A DNA stretch of 64,000 nt from Pseudomonadota bacterium (GTDB lineage: Bacteria; Bdellovibrionota_B; Oligoflexia; Oligoflexales; CAIYRB01), in NCBI GenBank assembly GCA_026390435.1, contig JAPLFY010000031.1:52553-116552 (forward strand). The letters are read 5' to 3'. Below the pieces are notes generated by a model. It had not been told where the DNA came from. It saw only the letters and a list, made by a program, of their open reading frames with translations, and searched no databases. Positions 27,797 through 38,267 of this stretch are shown here, piece by piece. Every line of letters begins with the position of its first letter. The stretch's first letter is position 1. The translations under genes and the position numbers were made by a program.

Positions 27797-28823
27797 TCAT
27801 AGCCTTTATGAAGTCATAGCGTGAATATGCATCCCAGTCGTGACTCATCCACTGAGCCGCGTGTTCTGGATGCGCTTGATATAAATGAAAGCCATAGGCC
27901 GCAATCATCGCTGCATTGTCTGAGCAGTATTCGAGAGGGGGGAAAAAAGCTGGAACTGGGATCTGCTCGGCCATCAATTGACGGAAACGTTTATTAGCAG
28001 CAACTCCACCAGCCACTAACACTGACTTTGATTCAGGATGGAGCCGCAAGGCTTCCTGCAACTTGCGGATAATTTGCCCAAGCGCCTCAGCCTGAAAGCT
28101 AGCGCAAAGATCGGCCCGCATCCGATCGCTGAGAGGCTTGTGCTCGTTAATTTGATTGGCCATGAAGGTCTTCAAACCCGAGTAACTAAACTCCAGCCGC
28201 GATCGCTGACTCACCATTCGCGGCATCGCCACGGCACGCTCGTCGCCATCTTCAGCTAGCGCCTCAATGACCGGTCCACCTGGGTAACCTAGACCTAGTA
28301 ACTTCGCTACTTTGTCGAAACATTCACCACAGGCATCATCTATGGAGCTGGCTAACAAGCGAAAATGCGTTGGGTTTGCCATGAAGTAGAGATTGGTGTG
28401 TCCACCGGATACCACTAAAGCAAGGGTTGGATAAACCTGCTGGGCTGATGCCTTAATTCCCAGCATTGCCCCGTGAATATGGGCGTGGACGTGATCAACA
28501 GGAATCAGAGGCCGCTCCAGAGCAAGGGCCAAGCCCTTGGCATAGGCCACTCCCACGAGCACTGCTCCGATAAGCCCAGGCCCCTGTGTCACCGCTACGG
28601 CATCAATCTGCTCGCGCGGTGTTCCGGACTCTCGCAGAAGTTGCTGAAGGAGTGGGCCAATTACTTTCAAATGCTCACGCGCAGCAACCTCTGGCACGAC
28701 GCCACCAAAGGGCATGTGCACAGCGGTCTGCGATGCAACCAAGGACCCGATGACACGATGGCCATCCGCCACTAAGGCAACCGCTGTCTCGTCACAGCTC
28801 GACTCAATACCTAGGATCAACAT
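27783..28823 (-). CDS. tsaD: t6A tRNA threonylcarbamoyltransferase
   Basis: ILGIESSCDETA, GGVVPEVAAREH, HVHAH, VSGGHT, DDACGECFDK, GGVAAN, CSDNAAMIA. Confidence 0.96.
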   Translation of the reverse strand: MLILGIESSCDETAVALVADGHRVIGSLVASQTAVHMPFGGVVPEVAAREHLKVIGPLLQQLLRESGTPREQIDAVAVTQGPGLIGAVLVGVAYAKGLALALERPLIPVDHVHAHIHGAMLGIKASAQQVYPTLALVVSGGHTNLYFMANPTHFRLLASSIDDACGECFDKVAKLLGLGYPGGPVIEALAEDGDERAVAMPRMVSQRSRLEFSYSGLKTFMANQINEHKPLSDRMRADLCASFQAEALGQIIRKLQEALRLHPESKSVLVAGGVAANKRFRQLMAEQIPVPAFFPPLEYCSDNAAMIAAYGFHLYQAHPEHAAQWMSHDWDAYSRYDFIKAMNATP

Positions 28824-28851
28824 GAGATTAACACTTGATGATTACTAGCCT

Positions 28852-29688
28852 TTACTTCTTGTCACCACTACCTTCAGCCAGCCGTTCGCGAGCCTTAGTA
28901 GCCTCGTCAGAGGACGGAAATTCTTTGATGAGTTCCTCATAGAACACATTTGAGGTAGCCACATCGCCCAAATGGCGGAAACAGTCGCCAAGCCGCAGCT
29001 TCGCGGTGCCTAAATACTTCGGGGACGGCTTAGAATCAACGAAGTCGTTAAACTTCAGGGCCGCTTCCTTAATGTTACCCAGGCGAAACTGACTTTCCGC
29101 TAAAAGGAACTGAAGCTGTTCTTGCTCGTCGCCGCTTGCCGGCTTTTGGAGCTTGGGGCCTTCTTCGAGTACCTGCTTGAAACGTTTCTCATCGAAGGCT
29201 TTTTGGAGCTCGGCGACGTCAGTGGCTGTTTTGCGAGAGTCTTTTTTTTTTGCGCCCTTTACGCCGGCTTTCTTCAGGGCTTCAATGAGATCTTCTTGCG
29301 CTGACTCAACAGACCCAATGCGTTCCGTCAATTTTGATAAATTGCGAGCTACTGAGTGCTCCTGAGTCGACGCATCAGCGCCAGGTAATTGACCGGTCGT
29401 AACACCCACTTTTAGGGCGTCTATTTCGCCGTGCACAATTTGCAGTTCGCGACTCATGCGTTCTAGTTCTGCCTGCGTGGATGCGATCCTTTTGGTGGCA
29501 GACTCTCCGGAGTTCTTAGCATCCTTACTGGTGTCCGCCAGTAAGCGCTCAAGATTGAGCAGACGCATCTGGACGCTGTAAATATCTTCTTTCATTGCCC
29601 TTTTTTCGCTTGGGGTAATGCACGAAGTGCTTCCGATACAAAATGAAATCAAACCAAAGCAAGAAAGGAAATGCCTCATCGCGACCAT
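28852..29688 (-). CDS. CpoB/YbgF-like lipoprotein (coiled coil plus TPR)
   Basis: Lipobox-like STSC; long coiled coil; QFLLAESQF...AKLRLGDCF...YEELIKEFPSSDEA. Confidence 0.78.
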   Translation of the reverse strand: MVAMRHFLSCFGLISFCIGSTSCITPSEKRAMKEDIYSVQMRLLNLERLLADTSKDAKNSGESATKRIASTQAELERMSRELQIVHGEIDALKVGVTTGQLPGADASTQEHSVARNLSKLTERIGSVESAQEDLIEALKKAGVKGAKKKDSRKTATDVAELQKAFDEKRFKQVLEEGPKLQKPASGDEQEQLQFLLAESQFRLGNIKEAALKFNDFVDSKPSPKYLGTAKLRLGDCFRHLGDVATSNVFYEELIKEFPSSDEATKARERLAEGSGDKK

Positions 29689-29784
29689 CGGTATCCACCC
29701 TCAGCTACAACTGCCCGAGCCGATAGCATCGGCAAATTTCGAGATTAGTGTCGTGGATGATTAAAACACAGCAGCTGGCCACTG

Positions 29785-30177
29785 TCAGCCCTTGGTTGCG
29801 TACTGCTTCTGCCGACGCTTCAAGTCCACCTGTAGTGAAAACAGCCGGTTAGAGTCTTCTTTCCAGCACAAATAGTAAGCCTTCGATGCTTTTTTCATCA
29901 CATAAACCAGCTGCAGCAGTTCTTTCTCGCTCAACAACTCGGCTGTATCACGGAGGCGGCGCTCAATTCGTTCGTTCAGAGTCAGTTCCGCCGCGGGAGG
30001 AGCTAGCGGTTTCTCTTGGTTTTCAGGGATTTCTAGCGTATCGTCGAGCGGCCCCGTGGCAGGTTTTGCTGACGCAGTAGGTGCCTCAGGCATGTCAGAT
30101 CCGCTCGCGTCAACATTTGGTGAGACGCCGACCGCGTCACTATCGCTTTCGTTGTGGATGTCCGTGTGTTCGGCCAT
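29785..30177 (-). CDS. Hypothetical protein, acidic disordered N-terminus and helical C-terminus
   Basis: 130-aa ORF filling the intergenic space, divergent from the helicase. Confidence 0.7.
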   Translation of the reverse strand: MAEHTDIHNESDSDAVGVSPNVDASGSDMPEAPTASAKPATGPLDDTLEIPENQEKPLAPPAAELTLNERIERRLRDTAELLSEKELLQLVYVMKKASKAYYLCWKEDSNRLFSLQVDLKRRQKQYATKG

Positions 30178-30296
30178 GAAAGGTAGCTCGCTGAGTAGTT
30201 CACTTTATTTTTATGTCGGCATAACCACAACAAAACTCAAGCAAACCGTCACCAACATGGCGCAACCAACTGTAAACTAAGGATTTTTTCAAGAAC

Positions 30297-32117
30297 ATGG
30301 AACATGTGATACCACCTTCGACTGAGACACCTAAGCCAACTACCGAACCTACCGATCCGGATTTAGAGCTCGGAGCCGCCGCTGACCTTGAAAGCGAAAG
30401 CGACGAAAGCACTGAAGAAGAAGTGCGCGAGCGTCCGATTGTGCCTTTAAAAGACATCCCTCCAGAAGTAGCCGCACTAGGCATCAATAGCTTCGAGGAC
30501 CTTCCCTTAGTTCCGAGCATCGGTGAGGCGATCCGTCAAATGGGCTGGATCACTCCAACGCCAGTCCAAAAACTATGTCTGCCCTATACCTTAAGATCCC
30601 GTGATGTCGCTGGTTTTGCCCAAACAGGAACAGGCAAGACTGCGGTCTTCTTAATTACCATTCTCAATAAACTACTCTCTACGCCGAGCCCCGAAGGTCA
30701 AAGTGCCGGCCGTGTGCCTCGCGCTATCGTGATTGCTCCTACTCGCGAATTAGCAATGCAAAGCGAACAAGATGCGGCTGATCTTTTCGCAAAAACCGGC
30801 CTCAAATCGATCGCCGTATTTGGCGGCATTGACTACGACAAACAGGCACGCGATATAGCTGAAGGTGTTGATGTAATCTTTGCAACACCAGGCCGACTCA
30901 AAGACTACATCCAAAAGAAAGTAGTTCGCCTCGAAGATATTTCTGTTTTCGTCTGTGACGAAGCTGACCGCATGTTTGACATGGGCTTCATCGAAGACGT
31001 GGAATTCTTCCTTGCCCGTATTCCGCAGAATGCGCAGAGACTTCTGTTCTCCGCGACAACAAACGACCAGGTCAAAGAGCTAGCATTCGAATACCTGGAA
31101 AATCCAGAATATATCTCGGTGAATCCAGAGACGATCACGCCGGAGAAGATCGAACAGTTCGCAATTCATTGCCATGCTACTGAAAAGTTGCGGGTACTTT
31201 TAGGTCTGCTCGAAGACCACAAGCCAGACTGTGCCGTTATCTTCACTAACACCAAATTGACTGCTGAGTGGCTGTACTTCAAATTACAGCATAACGGGGT
31301 AGATGCTGACTTGATTAGCGGTGACCTACCGCAAAAAAAGCGCATTAGTCTCATACATAGAATCAAAGAGGGCAAGATCAAGGCCCTGGTAGCGACGGAT
31401 GTTGCCAGTCGTGGACTCCACATCTCCCGGATTACCCACGTATACAATTTTGATTTGCCAGATGATGCCGCTAACTACATCCACCGGATCGGTCGTACCG
31501 CGCGCGCTGGAGCCAAGGGTTACGCTTATTCCCTAGTTTGCGACGACTACGGACAGAATCTGACGGCAATCAACGACTTACTTGGGCCACTGGCCATGCA
31601 GACAACCTGGCCGGATGCGCGCTATCTCCAGATCGAAGATAAAGCCGGAAACCCATTTGAGGAGCGCTATGCAGCGCGTCGCGAACGTTTCAGCGAAGGC
31701 CCGAGCAGAGGCCGTGATGGTGGCGGTGGCAGACCTCAACAAGGCCGCGACGGCGGGAGACCGCAAGGCCGCGACCAGGGCCGAGGCGGATATGGCGACA
31801 AAAGCAAACGAGATGTGGGTCCTCGACGCGACGAAGGACAGCGCCCACAACGCCCTCAATCTCAGCATGCACAGGGCCTGGACGCTAATGGCAACGGTGA
31901 TCACAAGCAACGCAATCGTCAGCGCGGACGCGGCGGCCAAGAGCGCGATCAACAGGCACAAAGCCTCCATCAGCACGGAGCGCAGAACGGACGGAGATCA
32001 GGCCCCGTGTCGGCTCATGCCGTGGTCAAGGCGCACGATCACGACGCAGCACCCAAGACCATGTTTGGGATGATCTTTAAACTGCTAAAAACGGTTTTCC
32101 GCATCGCTAAGAAGTAA
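30297..32117 (+). CDS. DEAD-box RNA helicase (RhlB-like)
   Basis: TPVQ, AQTGTGKT, PTRELA, TPGRL, DEADRMFDMGF, SAT, ATDVASRGL, HRIGRTAR; R/G/Q-rich tail. Confidence 0.95.
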   Translation: MEHVIPPSTETPKPTTEPTDPDLELGAAADLESESDESTEEEVRERPIVPLKDIPPEVAALGINSFEDLPLVPSIGEAIRQMGWITPTPVQKLCLPYTLRSRDVAGFAQTGTGKTAVFLITILNKLLSTPSPEGQSAGRVPRAIVIAPTRELAMQSEQDAADLFAKTGLKSIAVFGGIDYDKQARDIAEGVDVIFATPGRLKDYIQKKVVRLEDISVFVCDEADRMFDMGFIEDVEFFLARIPQNAQRLLFSATTNDQVKELAFEYLENPEYISVNPETITPEKIEQFAIHCHATEKLRVLLGLLEDHKPDCAVIFTNTKLTAEWLYFKLQHNGVDADLISGDLPQKKRISLIHRIKEGKIKALVATDVASRGLHISRITHVYNFDLPDDAANYIHRIGRTARAGAKGYAYSLVCDDYGQNLTAINDLLGPLAMQTTWPDARYLQIEDKAGNPFEERYAARRERFSEGPSRGRDGGGGRPQQGRDGGRPQGRDQGRGGYGDKSKRDVGPRRDEGQRPQRPQSQHAQGLDANGNGDHKQRNRQRGRGGQERDQQAQSLHQHGAQNGRRSGPVSAHAVVKAHDHDAAPKTMFGMIFKLLKTVFRIAKK

Positions 32118-32123
32118 CTGACA

Positions 32124-32156
32124 GAGAGTGCGGCGCCTACTTGGCACCGCACTCTC
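32124..32156. terminator. GC-rich hairpin between convergent genes (possible bidirectional terminator)
   Basis: GAGAGTGCGG...CCGCACTCTC perfect 10-bp stem; no strong U-tract. Confidence 0.6.
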
Positions 32157-32844
32157 AGTGAAATAGGGTCCGAAAGGTCAGCCCGTAAGTTTTCGAGGTG
32201 AGGTCGGCATTCGTAACGAATTTTGCGGAGCTGAGTAATTGCGCCCGACGAACTGAGGCGCTCAAGCCCACCTGCACTCCAGCATAGTCAAAAAATGTAA
32301 CGAAAACTCCGGGCTCAATAAATTTGTAATTAGGCTTCTCGATGCTCGACTGCTCAGATCCGACGGGAGTCTGACGTAAATAAATCACCCCGACACCGCC
32401 GGTAACCGATACTACGATTCGGAAGGGGTCATAGGCGAGCAGACTCTGCGCTAAATTTAAGCCACCAGAATAAGTTGCATACTTTAGTGTGGAATTATCC
32501 GCAGTCGGCGCCCTTGCCTGCGATGGCATCCCCGTAAAGGCCATTCCAATAAACGTCTCCGAAGAAAAACGATAATTCCATTGGGCTGATAGCAACAAAT
32601 TTGGCGAGGACAGGCTCGCCTGTCGCCCAAATAAACCCGTCATCTTGGCATCAAGGCCATTCTCATGCCGGTCAAAAGTCAGGGGTTTACGTACCAATCG
32701 ACGTCGTTCCTCTGCCTCTTGTGCTGACTCAGTTGGCTGTGACTCCTCTGTTTTTGGTACTTCCTGTGCATGAACCGACGTGGTTATCACCGGAAAACCT
32801 AAAAGCATCAGAACGCTCAACAATTTCTTGCTGTGTTGCGCCAA
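32155..32844 (-). CDS. Secreted protein, probable outer-membrane beta-barrel
   Basis: TTG start with GAGG RBS; signal peptide ending VHA; amphipathic strands; YGLTFRTLFH end. Confidence 0.65.
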   Translation of the reverse strand: MAQHSKKLLSVLMLLGFPVITTSVHAQEVPKTEESQPTESAQEAEERRRLVRKPLTFDRHENGLDAKMTGLFGRQASLSSPNLLLSAQWNYRFSSETFIGMAFTGMPSQARAPTADNSTLKYATYSGGLNLAQSLLAYDPFRIVVSVTGGVGVIYLRQTPVGSEQSSIEKPNYKFIEPGVFVTFFDYAGVQVGLSASVRRAQLLSSAKFVTNADLTSKTYGLTFRTLFH

Positions 32845-32888
32845 AACCTCGTCCCCCGTCTAGAAATCTCGCTTATATACTGACAAGT

Positions 32889-32917
32889 ATTATAGCAAAG
32901 CTTCAGCCACTTGGCAC
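32889..32917 (-). promoter_or_regulatory. Sigma70 promoter GTGCCA-N17-TATAAT with extended -10 TG
   Basis: Perfect TATAAT preceded by TGC, 17-nt spacer; 45 nt upstream of the 32844 start and overlapping the tadA 3' end. Confidence 0.55.
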
Positions 32918-33799
32918 GAAGCGGTGACTTGAGAGGCTCACCAGTCGTGGTGGAATGCCACGTTCAAGCATGGCCACATGAAGCTCAAGCCCAGGCCAAG
33001 CATTTGGAGTCCCGTGCAGCCCTCCTGAGTTAGCAAGAAAAGAAAGACGCGCGATCGCATCATGGGGATTACTAGCGTGAATGGTAGACATGACCCCTTC
33101 ATGACCACTCATCAGAGACTCACAAAAGGCCCCTGCCTCATGACCGCGAATCTCGCCTATCACCAGCCTATCCGGCCGTAACCGCAAAGCCTCTTGCACC
33201 AATCTGGTCAAACTGACAGCTCCGATACCTTCAAGATTTGGTCGTCGTTCTAGCAAGCGCACAGAGCATGGCGAAGGCAGGGGTAATTCGCTCAGCGACT
33301 CGACCAAGATCACCCGCTCACTAGCCGCATGAAGTCTAAGTAATGCGGCTAGTAGAGTCGTCTTACCGCCGCCTGTGGGCCCAGCGATCAGTAAGCCTTC
33401 ACGACGCTCCATAACACCACGGAGCTGCTCCATTAGATTAGGGCAAGCACGAAAATCTGAAATACCTAAGCTGTCAAAGCGATGCCTTCGCAAACTGAAG
33501 AGCGCGCCGTCCGGGGCCAATGGAGGCAGAACGCAATGCCAACGAAAGGCCTGCTCAGGCAGGCTACCGCCGGCAGCTCCACAAAGCGGATCCAACCGAA
33601 TGCCGTGCTGCCGTGCCAACTCTTGGGCCCACATGGCCACCTCCTCAGCATGGGCGAATGGCGAAGATGCGGCTCTAAGACTATCGCCAAGCACTAGCCA
33701 CATGCCACAGCCGCCGTTGACGACGAGCTCGTCAACCGCAGGATCCGAGAAATACGTCATTAACTCTGACATCAATGTAAAAAATCGCACACTGTCCAC
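32903..33799 (-). CDS. CpaF/TadA/VirB11-family ATPase (short, orphan)
   Basis: Walker A GPTGGGKTT, ALRLRPDRLVIGEIRG, His box SGHEGVMSTIHA. Confidence 0.85.
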   Translation of the reverse strand: MDSVRFFTLMSELMTYFSDPAVDELVVNGGCGMWLVLGDSLRAASSPFAHAEEVAMWAQELARQHGIRLDPLCGAAGGSLPEQAFRWHCVLPPLAPDGALFSLRRHRFDSLGISDFRACPNLMEQLRGVMERREGLLIAGPTGGGKTTLLAALLRLHAASERVILVESLSELPLPSPCSVRLLERRPNLEGIGAVSLTRLVQEALRLRPDRLVIGEIRGHEAGAFCESLMSGHEGVMSTIHASNPHDAIARLSFLANSGGLHGTPNAWPGLELHVAMLERGIPPRLVSLSSHRFVPSG

Positions 33800-34072
33800 A
33801 GATTACCCACCTTTAGTCCCCGCGTCGAAAGGCTGAGCCTTAGGTAGGAACTTTCTGCCAAAAAATTTTGGCTCATGCTTGCATAGTCCACCGCTGTTGT
33901 AACGCTAGCCGGCCAAGCATTTCCAGGGACAAGCCTAGTCGGCCTCGGACATCGAAACAGCCAAACATCGACATGCTTCGACCGAATTAATTGGCCAAAA
34001 GTCTGCCGTATTTTACAATTGGTAAACCGTGGTATTACGCTACGACTTTTGTCTACCAGTAGGAGCTAGTTC

Positions 34073-35872
34073 ATGCATTCCTATCGCAGCCACACATGCG
34101 GCCAACTAAGAGCTGCTAACGTCGGCCAGACTGTTCGCCTATCAGGCTGGATTTTTCGCAAGCGCGACCACGGTCAGCTACTTTTCATCGATCTGCGTGA
34201 TCACTACGGCCTAACTCAAATCGTCTTGCATCCAAGTCGGAGTTTTTTCGAGGCCGCGACACACCAAAGGCTAGAAAGTGTGATCACGGTGACCGGCAGA
34301 GTCGTCAGCCGGGATGCCAACACCATCAATCCAAATATGCCCACTGGTGAGATTGAAATCGTCGTCGACGAATACGTCGTGCATTCAAGTGCGGAGGTTC
34401 TGCCATTTGTCATCGATACGGATGAGGAAATAAGCGAAGAGCACCGGCTTAAATACCGCTTTCTCGATCTACGTCGTGAAAAAATGCAGCGCAATATCGT
34501 GCTCCGCTCGCGCGTGATTTCAAGCATCAGGCGTCGCATGACGGATTTGGGCTTCAATGAGTTCCAAACTCCGATTCTAACCAGCAGCTCACCAGAGGGC
34601 GCCCGTGACTTTCTCGTCCCCAGTCGCACACACCCAGGCAAGTTTTATGCGCTACCGCAAGCACCACAGCAATTCAAACAGCTGCTCATGGTGTCTGGAT
34701 TTGATCGCTACTTTCAAATCGCGCCCTGCTTCCGTGACGAAGATGCTCGAGCCGACCGCTCTCCAGGCGAGTTTTACCAGCTAGATATGGAAATGAGCTT
34801 CGCCACTCAGGATGACGTCTTTGCTGTTGTCGAACAGCTGCTGACCGGAGTCTACGGAGAATTCTCTGCTAAAAAACATACGCCGGCACCATTTCCGCGG
34901 ATCAGCTACGCAACTTCGATGCTGAAATACGGCAACGACAAGCCCGATCTACGCAATCCACTAGTGATCCAAGACGTGAGCTCGTTCTTCGCAGAAACCG
35001 AATTCAAAGCCTTTAAGACTGCCGTGGCCAACGGTGACGTTGTCCGCGCCATTCCAGTGCCGCAAATTGCCAGCAAACCTCGCAGTTTTTACGACAAGTT
35101 GGTGGACCATGCCACGTCACTTGGTGCCAAAGGACTTGCTTACTTGGTCTGGGCTGATGATGGAGTCAAAGGACCAATCGGCAAATTTATTAAGCCAGAG
35201 CAACTGGAAGACCTAAAATCACGCTGCAACGTCAAAACTGGTGATGCCGTATTCTTCATGTGTGACAAGGAGCCCGTGGCGGCAAAAATCAGCGGATTGC
35301 TCCGCACGAAATTAGGTGAAGACCTCGATCTGATAGAGAAAGATGTTTATCGCTTCTGTTGGATCGTCGACTTCCCGATGTTTGAGAAGAACGATGAGGG
35401 CCAAATCGAGTTCTCTCACAACCCGTTCTCGATGCCACAAGGCGGCATGGAGGCTTTGACGACGCAAGATCCCCTAACTATCAACGCATTCCAATATGAC
35501 TCTGTATGCAACGGTGTTGAATTATCAAGCGGCGCAGTCAGGAATCATCTACCCGAAATTATGTATAAGGCATTCGCCATTGCCGGCCACCCACCGGAGG
35601 CTGTTGATCAGCGCTTTGGCGGCATGATTCGTGCCTTCAAATTCGGCGCTCCACCTCACGCCGGCATCGCTCCGGGTATCGATCGCATCGTCATGCTGCT
35701 GGCAGAGGAATCTAGTATTCGTGAAATTATCGCCTTCCCGCTGAATCAGAAAGGTCAAGACCTACTGATGAATGCGCCGGCTGAAGTGCTGGACAAACAG
35801 CTACGAGACGTCCACATTTGCATCGACCCAGCTGTTTTGGCTGAGAAGAGAGCGAAAGCGGACGCCAAATAG
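34073..35872 (+). CDS. aspS: Aspartate-tRNA ligase (probably non-discriminating Asp/Asn)
   Basis: RDHG...[52 protein letters not shown]. Confidence 0.97.
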   Translation: MHSYRSHTCGQLRAANVGQTVRLSGWIFRKRDHGQLLFIDLRDHYGLTQIVLHPSRSFFEAATHQRLESVITVTGRVVSRDANTINPNMPTGEIEIVVDEYVVHSSAEVLPFVIDTDEEISEEHRLKYRFLDLRREKMQRNIVLRSRVISSIRRRMTDLGFNEFQTPILTSSSPEGARDFLVPSRTHPGKFYALPQAPQQFKQLLMVSGFDRYFQIAPCFRDEDARADRSPGEFYQLDMEMSFATQDDVFAVVEQLLTGVYGEFSAKKHTPAPFPRISYATSMLKYGNDKPDLRNPLVIQDVSSFFAETEFKAFKTAVANGDVVRAIPVPQIASKPRSFYDKLVDHATSLGAKGLAYLVWADDGVKGPIGKFIKPEQLEDLKSRCNVKTGDAVFFMCDKEPVAAKISGLLRTKLGEDLDLIEKDVYRFCWIVDFPMFEKNDEGQIEFSHNPFSMPQGGMEALTTQDPLTINAFQYDSVCNGVELSSGAVRNHLPEIMYKAFAIAGHPPEAVDQRFGGMIRAFKFGAPPHAGIAPGIDRIVMLLAEESSIREIIAFPLNQKGQDLLMNAPAEVLDKQLRDVHICIDPAVLAEKRAKADAK

Positions 35873-35890
35873 TCGATCCTAACCCCACTA

Positions 35891-38224
35891 CTAGCTTGGT
35901 GATGAGCCATCTTCAGCGGGGCCGTCACCAGGCTCCTCTGCAGGCACTACCTGATCATGTACGGTCTTACAAGATGGACAAATATAGCGAGTTCCATCCT
36001 TTTTCGTGGTCTTTTCTGTCAGTAATGGGAAATTGCAATTGCTGCAAGGCTTCGGCACGGGTTTGTCCCACACCGCATACTGACATCCTGGGTAATTTGT
36101 ACAGCCCCAGAAGTTCTTGCCCACGCGTGTTCTTCGCGGTACCAAATTGCCGGAACACCCCTCTTCCGGACAATGAACATCGGATTGCGGACTCTTGACC
36201 GTTGGGCAAGTGGGATAGTCCTGACAGGCAATGTAATCACCATAGCGACCACTGCGCATGATCATGTCTTTGCTGCACTTAGGACATTTATCGCCTGAAT
36301 ACTTTGGTTCGTTGACTATGATCTTGCCGTCCGGATCACGCACGAACTCACGCGTTGCGCGGCATTTTGGATAATTTGAACACCCTAAAAACTCACCTCG
36401 CGACGACCACTTGATATGAAAGATGCTACCGCAACGATCGCAGATAATGTCCGTCGGCTCCGATGACGCCTTAACATTAAGCATCGCCACTTCAGCGCCC
36501 TTAACCTGGGTGGCAAACGGAGCATAAAAGTCTTTAAGGATCTCCCGCCATTGGGCTGTGCCTTCTTCGACTTTATCCAAGCTCTCTTCCATCCCAGCGG
36601 TGAATAATGCGCTGAGAATCTCGGGAAATGCTTGAACTAACAGTTCATTAACTTTCTCACCCAAGACAGTTGGCTCGTAGCGATTCTCGGCTTTTTTGAT
36701 GTATCCTCGGTCGACAATCGTCGAAAGGATCGTGGCATAAGTAGATGGTCGTCCTATGCCTTTTTCATCGAGCTCTTTTACCATCGACGATTCGTTAAAG
36801 CGTGGTGGGGGCTGAGTGAAATGCTGCTGCAAGTCAATATTATTTAGCTTAACAGCCTCGCCTTCCTTTAAGGGCGGCAAAATACCCTCGTCATTGGACT
36901 CGCTATCCTCTTCGTCAGCGCGACGGCGTTCTTCGTCTTTACCTTCCTCATAAACCTCGAGAAACCCTTTAAAGACCAACCGAGAGCCAGTCGCTCGCAG
37001 ACCAATTTTGCCGCTATCTGCAGCAAAATCGACAGAAAGCTGATCGTAAACGGCAGGCTTCATTTGGCAGGCGACAAAACGGTTCCAGATTAATTTGTAG
37101 AGCGACAGTTGTTCCTTACTCAGGACATTGGCAACGCGCTCGGGAGGATACTCCAGACTAGTCGGACGAACGGCTTCATGGGCGTCTTGAGCCGATTTTT
37201 TTGCCTTATAAGAGATGGGCTTATCTGGAAGGCAGTCTGCGCCAAATTTTGTTTTAATATAGTCCCTTACAGCACTCAACGCATCATCAGCAATACGCGT
37301 AGAGTCAGTCCTCATATAGGTGATTAAACCCAAAGGCCCCTCGCCCTCGAGGTCAACACCCTCATACAAGCTCTGCGCCACGGACATCGTACGTTTCACA
37401 TTGAAACCAATCTTTCGGTAGGCTTCCTGCTGCAATTTTGATGTCGTAAAAGGCGGAACTGGATTCCTTTTTCTCTCTTTTTGCTGGACGGTCTTGACGA
37501 GCACTTTACCAGCCACAATGCGTTCTTTGATCGCATTAGCCTCCTCGCCCGTCTGCACTTTAAGGTCTTTGCCCAGCTTCCTATCATCAACAAATGTCAG
37601 TCGCGACAAAATCGGTGGCGGTGATTTCGCATCGAGATGCACGTCGACCGTCCAGTATTCGTCCGGTTTGAAACGACGAATTTCCTGCTCTCTCTCACAA
37701 ATCAGACGCACTGCAACACTCTGGACGCGCCCCGCCGAAAGGCCGCGCTTTACTTTCTTCCATAGTAACGGGCTAATTTGGTAGCCCACCAGTCGGTCTA
37801 GTATCCTTCTAGCCTGTTGCGCCTCATATTTATTTAGGTCAAGTACTCTAGGGTGTGCGATCGCCTCTAGGACTCCCTTTTTAGTGATTTCCTGAATTAA
37901 GACTCGATGCACCTGCTCGGTTGGTTTGTTGATTTCACCAGCGATGTGCCAAGCAATAGCCTCACCCTCGCGATCGGGGTCGGGAGCCAGATAAACTGTC
38001 TCCGCTTCCTCGGCTGCCGCCTTGATCTCCTTTAAGATCTTTTCCTTGCCGGGAATAGTCACATATTGCGGCTCAAAGTTCTTGTCGACATCGACCCCCA
38101 AAGATCGAGCCGGCAGGTCCTTGACGTGACCTTTAGATGCTAGGACTTCGTAGTCTTTGCCCAGATATTTTTTTAGCGCTTTCACTTTCGTCGGCGACTC
38201 GACGACCACTAGATATTTTGCCAT
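35891..38224 (-). CDS. topA: DNA topoisomerase I with C-terminal Zn ribbons
   Basis: VVESPTK, APDPDREGEAI, SAGRVQS, LITYMRTDS (catalytic Tyr), GIGRPSTY, multiple CxxC repeats. Confidence 0.97.
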   Translation of the reverse strand: MAKYLVVVESPTKVKALKKYLGKDYEVLASKGHVKDLPARSLGVDVDKNFEPQYVTIPGKEKILKEIKAAAEEAETVYLAPDPDREGEAIAWHIAGEINKPTEQVHRVLIQEITKKGVLEAIAHPRVLDLNKYEAQQARRILDRLVGYQISPLLWKKVKRGLSAGRVQSVAVRLICEREQEIRRFKPDEYWTVDVHLDAKSPPPILSRLTFVDDRKLGKDLKVQTGEEANAIKERIVAGKVLVKTVQQKERKRNPVPPFTTSKLQQEAYRKIGFNVKRTMSVAQSLYEGVDLEGEGPLGLITYMRTDSTRIADDALSAVRDYIKTKFGADCLPDKPISYKAKKSAQDAHEAVRPTSLEYPPERVANVLSKEQLSLYKLIWNRFVACQMKPAVYDQLSVDFAADSGKIGLRATGSRLVFKGFLEVYEEGKDEERRRADEEDSESNDEGILPPLKEGEAVKLNNIDLQQHFTQPPPRFNESSMVKELDEKGIGRPSTYATILSTIVDRGYIKKAENRYEPTVLGEKVNELLVQAFPEILSALFTAGMEESLDKVEEGTAQWREILKDFYAPFATQVKGAEVAMLNVKASSEPTDIICDRCGSIFHIKWSSRGEFLGCSNYPKCRATREFVRDPDGKIIVNEPKYSGDKCPKCSKDMIMRSGRYGDYIACQDYPTCPTVKSPQSDVHCPEEGCSGNLVPRRTRVGKNFWGCTNYPGCQYAVWDKPVPKPCSNCNFPLLTEKTTKKDGTRYICPSCKTVHDQVVPAEEPGDGPAEDGSSPS

Positions 38225-38267
38225 GATCGTTCACTTACTCCGATCGGATGACTGCTTATAATAAGCG

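Noticed and set aside
31700-31790. Short DNA repeats (GGCCGCGAC...) as a CRISPR or VNTR
   Set aside because: They encode the GRDGG peptide repeats; there is no constant repeat-spacer period and no cas genes.
31578-32073. Ala-rich 163-aa and 132-aa alternative-frame ORFs in the helicase tail
   Set aside because: Frame shadows of the low-complexity R/G/Q tail; no RBS or family motifs.
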